Source of the DNA: Octopus bimaculoides
Lineage: Eukaryota
Assembly: GCF_001194135.2 (NCBI RefSeq)
Contig: NC_068984.1
Location: 127,297,226-127,361,225, forward strand
Direction of reading: 5' to 3'
Length of the DNA stretch: 64,000 bases
Position 1 is the first letter of the stretch; every line of letters starts with the position of its first letter. A program made the position numbers and the translations under genes. Below are positions 63,634-64,000 of the stretch, piece by piece. Below the pieces are notes generated by a model. The model did not search any database and was not told the origin of the DNA. It saw nothing but the letters and a program-made list of their open reading frames with translations.

Positions 63634-64000
63634 TGCCTTATGCTAACACAATTTTTACTTAAATGTTGTCTCCTCCAACCCTATATCATGCAGCAATTAA
63701 GATGATTTTATTTGAATGTAATACTTCAAATAAGATGATTTTACTTGAATCATAAGAAAGCAGTGCATTGAGCTGTATTTTCTATAAGCATCTACTTATA
63801 CTAGAAGGTGGGTGAGAGACATTAATAAAGCCTTGCATACAAATATACATTTTAACAATGGAACTAGTTCTTCTTGGTGCCAACTCTCAGTTTTACTCAT
63901 ATCCATAAATGGGATGCATAAGTCATCTTTCAGGTGAAGCTTATCGTTTTCATCACATTTTTGTCTTACCCAGTATCAACTTCTTTGTCCCTGTAGTTAT

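Noticed and set aside
63288-63662. ORF with a CSLC..CLQC pattern suggesting a zinc finger
   Set aside because: It has no proper ATG or splice context, runs into (TA)n, and lies in a probable repeat tail.

Overview
AT-rich, repeat-dense animal genomic DNA with scaffold gaps. The repeat families and the (TA)n/(AAT)n/(CAT)n microsatellites most resemble an Octopus (cephalopod) assembly; this is inference from remembered repeat families, not a database result. One host gene is supported: four minus-strand exons (39568-39664, 24616-24782, 23560-23642, 17807-17908) with canonical AG/GT ends splice in consistent phase into about 149 codons matching AP1AR/gadkin. Its 5' exons were not found and probably lie beyond 64000. 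Its true 3' end is uncertain. Nearly all supplied ORFs are low-complexity or transposon-derived. The rest of the window is tRNA-derived SINEs, R4/Dong-, RTE- and CR1-like LINE debris, mariner remnants, TTAA (piggyBac-type) MITEs and a Merlin-like MITE. The most informative structure is a nested cluster at 47.9-52.0 kb. There, a Penelope-like GIY-YIG endonuclease ORF rebuilds as a stop-free frame after removing two insertions, one of which is a TIR element carrying a SAP-domain pseudo-ORF and an RTE fragment. Other leads are hammerhead-like cores, long foldbacks beside an exon, an in-frame cryptic exon inside a MITE, a candidate recursive splice site and a strong SINE orientation bias. No clearly new biological system is demonstrated; these are testable leads.
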